NCBI GenBank assembly: GCA_001829495.1
Contig: MIBJ01000037.1
Coordinates: 39,521 to 103,520, forward strand
Origin: Spirochaetes bacterium RBG_16_49_21
GTDB lineage: Bacteria; Spirochaetota; UBA4802; UBA5550
Direction: 5' to 3'
DNA length: 64,000 nt
The notes beneath the pieces were generated by a model. The model worked only from the letters and a program-made list of their open reading frames with translations. It was not told the DNA's origin and did not search any database. Of the stretch, positions 35,073 through 44,800 are shown piece after piece (positions within the stretch are counted from its first letter, which is position 1; each line of letters begins with the position of its first letter). A program made the translations under genes and the position numbers.

Positions 35073-37222
35073 GCATTATTCTGCTCATTGCCGTTTTTAT
35101 TCTGCTCGCCGCCGTTGAAGGGGGCTTTCGCGTCAAGCAGCTCAATCTGATAATTGCACGATTCGTTCAGGCAGATATGCTTTTCCCCCTTTCCCTTGAT
35201 CATCTTCTTGAACAGCAGCTTGCCGCATTGGGGGCACGGCTTATCCGTCGGCTCGTCCCTGGTTAAAAATTCGCAGGCGGGATAATTGGAGCAGGCGTAA
35301 AACGCGCCGCCCTTTCCCTTCCGCGACGAGCGCTTGATAACGTCGCCGGTTTCGCACCGGGGGCATTTGCCCAGGGGGAGGGACTTGGAATTCCTGCATT
35401 CAGGGAAGCCGGGGCACGCAAGGAAGAATCCGTACCTGCCCATCTTCTTCACCATTCTGCGGCCGCATTGTTCGCAGATTATATCGGTTTCCTCGTCCAG
35501 GATTCCTTTCATCTCCTCAATATTATGCTCGGCATCTTCGACCGTGGTCTTGAAGGGGCCGTAGAAATCGTCGAGCATTCGTACCCAGTCGGTCTTGGCG
35601 TCTTCAATATGATCGAGCCGGTCCTCCATGTTCGCGGTGAAATCGACCGACACCAGGGAGGCAAAGTGCTTTTCCATGATATCGTTGACGAGGTTTCCCA
35701 GCACGGTCGGGACCAGCTGCCTGCCGGACCTGGTCACATAATACCGCTTGAACAGGGTATTGATGGTCGGCGCGTATGTCGACGGCCTCCCGATTCCGGA
35801 ATCCTCCAGGAACTTCACCAGCGAGGCGTCATTGTAGCGCGGCGGCGGTGTCGTAAAATGCTGCTCCGGAAGGAACCTCTGGACCAAAAGCTCGTCCCCC
35901 ACCGATAAATGCGGCAGGGTAAAGCGCTCGGTTTTATCGGCCTTGTCCACGGCAGTGAAGCCCTTGAAAAGCACCCTGCTCCCGGTAGCGCGGAAGAGGT
36001 AATCCCCCGCCTCGATGCTCGCAGTCCTAACCTCTGAAGCCTCGGGCGTCATCTGAGAAGCTACGAACCGCTTCCAGATAAGGTCATACATCCGGTACTG
36101 GTCGCGGGTCAGGTCCTGCCGTACCGATTCAGGCGTGCGCAATACCTCCGTTGGCCGTACCGCCTCATGCGCATCCTGCGCCCCCTTCTTGTTTGAATAG
36201 TAGTTCGGGGTCTCCGGTAAATATCCGTCGGCGTACACATCGCCGATGTATTTTCGTACCTGCTGGAGCGCGGAATCGGCAACGCGGGTGGAATCGGTTC
36301 TCATATAGGTGATAAGACCGGCGAGGCCTTCGCCGCTGATATCAATCCCCTCGTAAAGCTGCTGCGCGATGATCATGGTCTTCTGCGAGGTAAATCCGAG
36401 CTTGTTTGCCGCCTCCTGCTGAAGTTTGCTCGTTATAAAGGGGGGCGTCGGCTTCCTCTTCCGTTCCTGGAGCTTTACATCCTTTACCGTAAAAGTCCTG
36501 TCTTTCAGATAGTCCAGGATAGCCTCGACTTCCTCCTTGCTTGTTATCCGGACCTTTTCGTTCCGGTATGCTGCAAGCTGCGCCGTGAATGTTTTGCCTC
36601 CGTGGAGGATCTCCGCGTCCAGGCTCCAGTACTCAACCGGGATGAAGCCGTCGATCTCCCGCTCCCGGTCGCATATGACCTTGAGCGCGACGGACTGCAC
36701 CCTCCCTGCTGAAAGGCCCTTCTTGACCTTCTTCCACAAAATAGGGCTGATATAATATCCCACGATCCGGTCCAATATCCTGCGCGCCTGCTGCGCGTTG
36801 ACCAGATCGATATTGATATCCCGCGGATGGGATACCGCATCCTTCACCGCATGCTCGGTAATCTCGTTGAATTCGATCCTTTTGATATCGCCGTTTTTTC
36901 CCGCCAGGGCGTTTGCAAGATGCCATGATATGGCTTCACCCTCACGGTCCGGGTCAGTGGCCAGCAAAACGCGCCTGACCGCGGAAGCCTGCTTCTTGAG
37001 CTCGTTTAAGATTTTCGCCTTGCCGCGTATCGTAATATACTCGGGCTTGAAATGGTTCTCGACATCTATTGCCAGCCTGGATTTGGGGAGATCAATGATG
37101 TGTCCGACGGAGGATGAAATAATGTAGTCTCCCCCCAGGTATTTATGTATCGTCTTTGCCTTCGATGGCGATTCAACGATCACCAAGGTGCCTGCTTTGT
37201 CGCTGTTGTTCTTTTTATTCAT
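35069..37222 (-). CDS. topA: DNA topoisomerase I
   Basis: TOPRIM 'LVIVESPSKAKTI', active-site region 'GLITYMRTDS' and C-terminal CxxC zinc ribbons. Confidence 0.95.
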   Translation of the reverse strand: MNKKNNSDKAGTLVIVESPSKAKTIHKYLGGDYIISSSVGHIIDLPKSRLAIDVENHFKPEYITIRGKAKILNELKKQASAVRRVLLATDPDREGEAISWHLANALAGKNGDIKRIEFNEITEHAVKDAVSHPRDINIDLVNAQQARRILDRIVGYYISPILWKKVKKGLSAGRVQSVALKVICDREREIDGFIPVEYWSLDAEILHGGKTFTAQLAAYRNEKVRITSKEEVEAILDYLKDRTFTVKDVKLQERKRKPTPPFITSKLQQEAANKLGFTSQKTMIIAQQLYEGIDISGEGLAGLITYMRTDSTRVADSALQQVRKYIGDVYADGYLPETPNYYSNKKGAQDAHEAVRPTEVLRTPESVRQDLTRDQYRMYDLIWKRFVASQMTPEASEVRTASIEAGDYLFRATGSRVLFKGFTAVDKADKTERFTLPHLSVGDELLVQRFLPEQHFTTPPPRYNDASLVKFLEDSGIGRPSTYAPTINTLFKRYYVTRSGRQLVPTVLGNLVNDIMEKHFASLVSVDFTANMEDRLDHIEDAKTDWVRMLDDFYGPFKTTVEDAEHNIEEMKGILDEETDIICEQCGRRMVKKMGRYGFFLACPGFPECRNSKSLPLGKCPRCETGDVIKRSSRKGKGGAFYACSNYPACEFLTRDEPTDKPCPQCGKLLFKKMIKGKGEKHICLNESCNYQIELLDAKAPFNGGEQNKNGNEQNNA

Positions 37223-37296
37223 ATCTATCCCTAAACTCTTACACGAAAATACCGGAATCCCGGGTATCAGTCCATAACCACTGGGAATATATAGGT

Positions 37297-37908
37297 TTAT
37301 TTGTCAAATAATTCTTTAATATTCTTTCCCGGGTCCCACCGCGCGACAGCATACAGCAGACACACAAGCACTATAGTTATGCAGATAAAGATTATTATTC
37401 GTTCTGCGGTATAGTATACTCCCGCATCATACGGCCGCACAAAACCGAGAGCGCCCACGACCCCGCGCTTGTTCCATCGGGTGTGGCAGAATTTGCATTC
37501 GCCCCGGACAAAAAGGGGAATCACGGACGCATACGCACCGCCCCGGACCTCTGAATGGATCCCGGGGCTCATTGAATTTATGATACGTACCACTTCCTCG
37601 TCAGGACCCCCTTCCCTTTCTCCCGGAGCGGGCACGCGATACCCCCGATAATCGTACACGCGTATCCGTATGCCGTGGGCTGTCCCGATATCCGAAAGAA
37701 ATATCCAGGCATATTCCGGCCGCGCCATTGACTTTATCCCCATGAAGGAATCGGTGATGATTCGGAAGCCTTTTTCAAGCTCGTCAAAATAGCCGGACTT
37801 ATACGCGGGAAAGATATCCCCCGCATACGGCGGAATGGAGAATATCTGCGAGAATGAAACCAGCAGGAGGATTACGAGCATAATGATAAACAGATATTTT
37901 ACTTTCAT
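37297..37908 (-). CDS. two-TM membrane protein with a periplasmic domain carrying a CXXCH haem-c motif
   Basis: N-terminal and C-terminal hydrophobic helices. 'VRGECKFCHTRW' contains CXXCH. Overall resembles DUF3365/Tll0287-type haem sensor domains (assessed by eye). Confidence 0.6.
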   Translation of the reverse strand: MKVKYLFIIMLVILLLVSFSQIFSIPPYAGDIFPAYKSGYFDELEKGFRIITDSFMGIKSMARPEYAWIFLSDIGTAHGIRIRVYDYRGYRVPAPGEREGGPDEEVVRIINSMSPGIHSEVRGGAYASVIPLFVRGECKFCHTRWNKRGVVGALGFVRPYDAGVYYTAERIIIFICITIVLVCLLYAVARWDPGKNIKELFDK

Positions 37909-37929
37909 GGTGATGTTTCGCTCCCCGCG

Positions 37930-39111
37930 TCACAGCCTCGCTATGATATTCCCGCTTCTCGTTATCCTGCCGCAAAGCTCAAGCTCGACGATCGCCTCGT
38001 TCACCTCTGCGGGCGAGGCGCCGACCTGACGAATCACCGAGTCGATTTCATAATCCTGCTTCGACACAAGGAGAAGTATCCTGCTTTCCAATGAGCCCTC
38101 CTCATACGGATCCTCCTCAGGGCTAGGGTCGCTCACGGCGCCCTTTGCCCCGCTCCCGCTTCTTTCCGTACCGGATGCCCCGGAAGATCCAAAAGGCCTT
38201 GAAAGCTCATTGATAATATCCTCGGTACGGGATACGAGCACTGCTCCGCTGCGGATGAGCTCATGACACCCGGCATACTCCTCATCAAATGAATTCCCCG
38301 TGCATGCGAACACCTCCCGGTTCTGTTCCACGGCATGCCGGGCCGTTATGAGCGCGCCGCTCTGCTTCCCCGCCTTTACGACCACGGTGCCCGCGCATAT
38401 GCCGCTGATGATCCGGTTCCTCCTGCTGAAGGCCCATTTCCCCCCGCGAATCCCGGGTGGATATTCCGAAATGAGCCCCGATCCCGGGGAGGACGCGATT
38501 CTACGGTGCAGGTCCCGGTTTACCGAGGGATACGCGATATCGATCCCGTTAGCCAAAACGCCGATGGTTCTTCCATCCGCATCAAGGGCGCCCAGATGCG
38601 CCGCGCGGTCTATGCCGACCGCCATCCCGCTCACGATCGTAAATCCGGCCGAAGCCAGGTCGCCCGCTATGCGCCGCGCGTGTGCGGCGGATCTCGGGTC
38701 CGCCTTTCTGGTTCCGACCACGGCGATCGCATGATCGGTCTCCATATCCCCCCGCGCATACAGAACCAGCGGCGGCCGCTCGATCTCCCTGAGCAGAGGG
38801 GGATACTCATCGTCCCAGTAGGAGAGCACCCGCATCGATTTCGCGGCGCTCCAGTCCATGATCTCCTCCGCCGCTTCCCGGGGTTTTGCAGAATATATCT
38901 CGGTGAGAAACTCCTGCGTCGATAACGAGCGGTTTGCCGAAATCCTTTCATATATCTCGGAAGGCATGCATGTTGAAATCATATTCCAGATCTCATTAAA
39001 ACCGGGCGAGGAAACTATTGAGATCGCCACTGCGCAGATCTTATCCTCATTAGTCAGGGGAGCATGGCTGAATGCGAAATCATGGCTCTGAAACATTATA
39101 CCCTGCATCAT
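37930..39111 (-). CDS. dprA: DNA-processing protein DprA
   Basis: 'AVVGTRKA', 'IVSGMAVGIDRAAHLGAL' and 'GVLANGID'. I prefer the ATG at 39111 (SD GGGAGGA 7 nt upstream) to the TTG at 39141. Confidence 0.9.
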   Translation of the reverse strand: MMQGIMFQSHDFAFSHAPLTNEDKICAVAISIVSSPGFNEIWNMISTCMPSEIYERISANRSLSTQEFLTEIYSAKPREAAEEIMDWSAAKSMRVLSYWDDEYPPLLREIERPPLVLYARGDMETDHAIAVVGTRKADPRSAAHARRIAGDLASAGFTIVSGMAVGIDRAAHLGALDADGRTIGVLANGIDIAYPSVNRDLHRRIASSPGSGLISEYPPGIRGGKWAFSRRNRIISGICAGTVVVKAGKQSGALITARHAVEQNREVFACTGNSFDEEYAGCHELIRSGAVLVSRTEDIINELSRPFGSSGASGTERSGSGAKGAVSDPSPEEDPYEEGSLESRILLLVSKQDYEIDSVIRQVGASPAEVNEAIVELELCGRITRSGNIIARL

Positions 39112-39290
39112 CTGTTTGTCCTCCCTATCGTCATTATGCAAATATAACGAATGAGAATCCGACGGGAAAAAACTTTTCTCACGGCGTAAATAAATTAATG
39201 TGACATAATAAATAATAATGAGGCAATTTTAGCAATATATATTTTATTTAATATGAAAAAAAAAGTACCTGCTTTAAAGCCCTCCTCCGG

Positions 39291-39488
39291 GCTAACAACT
39301 ACCCACAAGTGTGTAAGCAAGGGGGATAAGAAGATAGAAGAGATGATAGAGATACATTTTTAGCGGAATATTGTTAAAATTGAAGAGGAAAAACAATCAT
39401 TTAAGCTCAAAAAATAAAATTATCTCTGATATCTCTTCAATTCCCCTATCCCCTGTTCTTACACAGGGAGATGTGGGTAGTTGTTAGC
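39291..39488. mobile_element. 198 bp non-autonomous MITE-like element with 17 bp perfect TIRs and a 9-10 bp target-site duplication
   Basis: TIRs GCTAACAACTACCCACA (39291-39307) and TGTGGGTAGTTGTTAGC (39472-39488). The arms stay similar for ~65 nt. AT-rich core with no ORF. Flanked by direct CTCCTCCGG. Confidence 0.7.
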
Positions 39489-39546
39489 CTCCTCCGGGGG
39501 GTTGTGGGGCATGAGGGTTTGGGGGGGGTCTAAATATTTAAGTAAT

Positions 39547-39580
39547 TAAAAAAAGAAAAGCCGGCATTGCGCCGGCTTTC
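39547..39580 (-). terminator. rho-independent terminator of the acyl-CoA dehydrogenase gene
   Basis: On the minus strand: GAAAGCCGGC-GCAAT-GCCGGCTTTTC followed by TTTTTTTAATT. Confidence 0.8.
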
Positions 39581-39605
39581 TGTTGTATGGAAAGACGAAT
39601 GTATC

Positions 39606-41480
39606 TTACTGTTCTAACGCGCCGGTGAATACCGGATCGGACGCCTTGATGACAGCCGTCTCACCGAAGAGCAGGGCTTCGATCTTTCCGAAATATTTCG
39701 GAAACTCCGCGCCGAGATAATACTGCGAAGAGAGCACCTTGCCGGAGTAGAACGCCGCTTCAAAATTATCTTTAAGAAGCTTCTCGCGCTCCTCGCCCTT
39801 CTTGTCTCCCGCCAGCTTCTTCATCTTCGGTATCGTGATGGAAAGGGACCAGAGATGGGCCCACGCCATGCAGAGCATGAACATCGCCTGCTGGAGCGGC
39901 GTTGCATTCATGAACAGGTGCACGAACTGGCCCTTGGCCATCTGGTCCTTCATCATGGTGATGACCTCGTCGAGCTTCTGAACGCCGCGCTCGACCAGGG
40001 CTACATATTTATCGTCGACAATCCCCTTGGCCTTGTTAACGACTTCCTGGATCCGTTTTTTCAAGACGGTGTAGTTATACTGCTCGGGGTTCATGAGTAT
40101 TTTTCTCATGGTCAGGTCCATGGACTGGATGCCGTTGGTTCCCTCATAGATGGCGAAGATCTTTGAATCCCGCATCATCTGCTCAACCGGGTATTCCTGG
40201 CAGTATCCGTATCCGCCGAAACACTGCATTGCTTCCGATGTGACCTCTACGCCCTTGTCGGTCAGGCCGGCCTTGCATATCGGTATCATGATCTCAGCTA
40301 TACCCAAAGCTTCCCTGGCTTCTTCGCCTTCCGCGATTCTCGAAATATTCAGTGCATGGGTTAAATAGTAGAGGATCAACCTCATTCCCTCAACATGGGA
40401 CTTCATGAACAGGAGCATCCGCTTCACGTCAGGATGACGGCTGATGGTCACGCTCTTGGCCTCGGGATTGAGCATCTGGGTCACCTCCACGCCCTGTAAC
40501 CTGTTTTTTGTATAGGTTACCGCGTGCATGTAGGCCATGCTGGAAACGGCCTGCCCCTGGAGGGCGGTGCCGAGCCGGGCCGTGTTCATCATCTGGAACA
40601 TGATCTTCATCCCTTTCCGCTCCTCGCCCAGAAGGTAACCGATGCATTTCTGGTTGTCCCCGAAAGAGAGGGTGCACGTGGCCGATCCCTTGATCCCCAT
40701 TTTGTGCTCGATGCCTGCGCACACCACGTCATTGGGCGCCCCCGGCGAGCCGTCGGGATTTACCAGGACTTTAGGCACTATGAAAATAGAGATGCCCTTG
40801 GTGCCTCTTGGATCGCCCTCGATCCGGGCCAATACCGGATGGATTATGTTCTTGTAATAATCGTTCTCACCGCATGAGATGAATATTTTCTGGCCGATGA
40901 TTTTAAACGTCCCGTCTTTCTGGCGGATCGCCTTTGTCTTCAAGGCGCCCACATCCGATCCCGCGTCCGGTTCGGTGAGGCACATGGTGCCGCCCCACTC
41001 GCCGCTCATCATTTTGGGAATATATATATCCTTTTGTTCCTGGGTTCCAAAGACGTGGATGAGATCCAAAGCCCCGTGGGTAAGGCCGGGATACATCGTA
41101 ATATTGGCGTTCCCGGAGCCGATTACTTCACCCACTGCAATGCCCATGGCATTGGGCATTCCCATGCCCCCGATCTCAGGATCCATCACGGTGCCCATCA
41201 AGCCTGCCCCATAGTACGCATCCAACGCCGGATGATAGCATTTCGGTATCTTAACTTCTCCGGTGCCCGGTACGTATGTACACCCTTCTTTATCGCTCTC
41301 TTTATAGGTAGGATATACCTTATCGACAGCAAGCTTCTCCGCCAGATCAAGCGTGCTCTCCAGCGTATCCTTGTCATAATCAGAGTATTGAGGATACTTT
41401 TTTATGAACTTGTCAAGTTCAAGGATTTCAAAGAGCGTGAAACGCACATCTCTGGAATCTATTATAGGATTTAAAGCCAT
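39606..41480 (-). CDS. long-form acyl-CoA dehydrogenase (FadE-like, 624 aa)
   Basis: 'GGTMCLTEPDAGSDVG', 'IFISCGE' and 'IYEGTNGIQSMDL' ACAD signatures, plus a C-terminal extension. Confidence 0.9.
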   Translation of the reverse strand: MALNPIIDSRDVRFTLFEILELDKFIKKYPQYSDYDKDTLESTLDLAEKLAVDKVYPTYKESDKEGCTYVPGTGEVKIPKCYHPALDAYYGAGLMGTVMDPEIGGMGMPNAMGIAVGEVIGSGNANITMYPGLTHGALDLIHVFGTQEQKDIYIPKMMSGEWGGTMCLTEPDAGSDVGALKTKAIRQKDGTFKIIGQKIFISCGENDYYKNIIHPVLARIEGDPRGTKGISIFIVPKVLVNPDGSPGAPNDVVCAGIEHKMGIKGSATCTLSFGDNQKCIGYLLGEERKGMKIMFQMMNTARLGTALQGQAVSSMAYMHAVTYTKNRLQGVEVTQMLNPEAKSVTISRHPDVKRMLLFMKSHVEGMRLILYYLTHALNISRIAEGEEAREALGIAEIMIPICKAGLTDKGVEVTSEAMQCFGGYGYCQEYPVEQMMRDSKIFAIYEGTNGIQSMDLTMRKILMNPEQYNYTVLKKRIQEVVNKAKGIVDDKYVALVERGVQKLDEVITMMKDQMAKGQFVHLFMNATPLQQAMFMLCMAWAHLWSLSITIPKMKKLAGDKKGEEREKLLKDNFEAAFYSGKVLSSQYYLGAEFPKYFGKIEALLFGETAVIKASDPVFTGALEQ

Positions 41481-41782
41481 AAGAACCTCCCCCTCTTTTT
41501 AATAATATTTTAATCTTTAGTTAGATTTAATATGGTTATGCTATTCCGTGGGTATCTATTCAGCTTGTATAGATAAAACAATCTATGGTTATGTTGCAAT
41601 TTCTCCTCCACCGCGGCGTATAAAAATTTGCCTATGAGATCATTATATACCGGCCACGCTGTTAAGAGGCTGCACAGATACACCCTCTCTAATATTTTGC
41701 TTACTTATGCAAAAATAAAATTTGGGCTATATATGTCAACGTAAATACTGATTTATCACAAAAATTTGGCTTAATTAATTAT

Positions 41783-41832
41783 AAGGCGATTTAGAAGGGG
41801 CGAATAATTATTCGCCCCTTCTAAATCGCCTT
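41783..41832. terminator. 50 bp perfect palindrome overlapping the stop codon of the 1409 aa gene (probable terminator or protein-binding site)
   Basis: AAGGCGATTTAGAAGGGGCGAATAA|TTATTCGCCCCTTCTAAATCGCCTT, checked base by base. The right arm encodes the last codons K-A-I-stop. Confidence 0.6.
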
Positions 41833-44800
41833 TTTATATTGCCGCTTTTTCCCCGTTCGCGGATATTTGAGGTATGGTATCACATCGTCGTTTTTCGAAC
41901 CGCCGGTACCGTCGTATTCTATAGTGACGATCGGTATGCCGGTGATCTGCTCTATCTTATCGGCCATGGCCTCGGTCACGAGCGACGGGCAGCAGTATGA
42001 GGGATTCGTCTGAACGAACAGGGACAGGTCCGGATGCCCGTCCACGAGGTGGAAAATTTTCAGAATGTTATCCATGGATTCGCCGGTATGGAACAGACTC
42101 AGATTGAACCGGGAGAGCAGATTTGCGGAATCATCAAGAACCCTGAACTCCCTGCCGGCGAGGATCCGATTGAAATATTTATAATACCGGGCGTTCAAAA
42201 CCTCCATGATCTTAATAAGCACCTTCCCCAGGGCCGCGTCGGAATACTGGCCCTGTCTGAACCATTTTTTGACATAGCGATGCGCGACGATCCCGACATA
42301 TTCACTGTACGGCGTGGTGATGACCTCTCCCCCGTTGTCTTCAATGGTCTTGATGAGATTCTGGTTCATGACGTCGTTGTCCCGCACGTACAGGTCTCCG
42401 AAAATGGCGACCTTAGGACGATTCGTTCTGGTAAGGGCGATCTCCTCGAAGAGCCGCATCACTATGTCAAGCGCCTCCTCTTTCGGCTTATTGTTGAGGA
42501 AGGCCTCGTACAGAATCTCCCTTCCCGCAGACACGGCCTCATCCGTTGCTCCTTTACGGTTTTCATACGGCCGGATGAAGCAGCCGATCTTCCGGAGCAT
42601 ACCGCCGGACAGGTAGGCCAGATAGCAGCGGACGGCGGTGGAGATGGATATGCTGACGAAGTTAAAATCGCCCATGAACACCGGAATCCTCTCGTATCCC
42701 TTCCCGTACGATTCAAGGATGTATTTCGTATAATAGGGGAACATCCCGATGTTGCAGGCGATCTTCGAGTCCGGGCTCCAGATGACGGTCGCGTCCGGAT
42801 TAAGGCCGTTACGCTCTATGTATTCAATTGAATTCTCGATGATGATGTTGAACGGGATGCACTGGCCGGTGTTGAAGCGCATGCTCCTCTTTATTGAGCC
42901 GGCGTCCTCGCTTACGATGCGGGCGTCAATACCCTCGCCCCGCAGGCATGCCTCCAGGAGGCTGCAGGTCAGGGAATCCCAGTTCGGCAGAAGCAGCGTC
43001 CTGCCGGCGAATATCTCCTTTGATTTGGTGAACCCGGACTCATCAATGACGCGGGAGGGCCCCGTTGTCCGTGCTCGCGACCTATAGTGGTTTCTGAAAG
43101 AGCGTATTCCCGCCTCAATCCTCGTTTCATATCCAAGAGATGAGTCATGCTCGTCCAGCTGGAGGATAAGGTAGGGCTTCCGTTGATAGTCCAGGATTCT
43201 CTTAAAATACTCAACCGCGTAAGAATCGGGCGTGCACTTGAAGGATGAGATGAAAACCGGATACACCCCATCGAGTCCGGCGGCCGCGTGCGCGGCCTCA
43301 AGGATCCTTGCGGCGTACTTCCAGTGGACTGCTTCCCGGAGGGATCCGATCCCGGCGGTTCCGCCGTGCGGCACCGGAAGCATGTCCTGAAAAAACGTCT
43401 TGATCCCGTGCCGGGCGAATATCTCCGGAATCCCGTTGTTCATGGAAGAAGAAAGTACCGTATAGGGCCTGCCGAGGAACACGACGCTGATGTCGCGGGC
43501 ATTCCCCGTCTCGCATACAAAAATCTCCTTCAACATTTCCTGCGATGTCTGATGCAGCTCCTCGGCTGAGTCATACGCGCCGGAAACCTGCAAAAATCCA
43601 ATAGTACCGCCCGTGATCCTCTTTATCATCTTGTAGAGCTCAAGCTTCAGATGGAGCGTGCCCTGGATCGAGCGGATCACGGGTGCAAGTATCCTGTCCT
43701 TGTTTTTGATCTCAATGGCTGATAAAATCACGGCAGGGGAATACTGGGTGTAATAGCAGTAGCTCCGTTTTATATCCCTGTCTTTCTGGCGATCTTCCAT
43801 GTAAAAGGGGAGAAAGATGTAATCGGCCCGATCCGACAGATAATTCACGTGGCCGTGCAGAGCGGCCAGGGGAGCGCAAAACTCCGCGCCGGTCAGGCGC
43901 TTTCCCTCTGCTATACCGTCGCGGTATTGGCCGCTCGTTACGGTTCGGATCGACAGAAGAGCGAAAAAATGCTCCCACAGATCGAGCTCGTCAAACAGAT
44001 GCAGCGCCGCGGGAATCCCCACGGTCACGCCCGCACCGGCGACCTGATTTTTCCTGCCCAGCACCCGGTTCCGCTCCGCGATCAGGTCATAGGCCGCGGG
44101 CTTGTTTACGCGCTTCAGGGTGTCATAGTCCCTGCCGCAGAGGAATCCGAAGGCCACGGTCTCCTCGTTCACCCGTGCCACCGTGATCTTACAGTGGTTG
44201 GCGCAGAGCTCGCAGGTCTCGTTGTGCACCGGTATGGGACTTTTATACAGATCGATCCCCCTGAAGCGGGACTTCTCCGTTTTCTGATCGAGAAGATGAA
44301 GGGCCGCCCCCATGGCTCCGGTGAGATGGCAGTATTTCGACACCATGATCGGCTTTCCGAGGCGCTGCTCAAAAGCGGCCACAAGGGCCCTGTTCTTTGC
44401 AGTGGCGCCCTGAAAGAATATCCTCTCGCCGATATTCTTTTCAGTCGCCACCTTGGTGAGATAATTGTCGCGCACCGAGTGGAGCACTGAAGCGAGCGCC
44501 TCGTTCACCTCGTAGCCGGTTGAAAGATAATAGTTGATGTCCCGCTCCATGAACACCGTGCACCGGTCGCTCGACATAGGGGCCCGGCACCCTTCAGCCC
44601 TGCCGGAATACTCCGAAAGCCCGCACCCGAGTTTTTTCGCCTGCTCCTCGATAAAGCTTCCGGTGCCTGCAGCGCACACGTAGTTCATGACGGAAAAGGT
44701 CACCATGCCATTACTAAGAGTGGTGAATTTCGAATCCTGACCGCCGATCTCTATGATCGTATCCACATTTGGATCGAGATCAACCGCTGCCCGCGCATGG

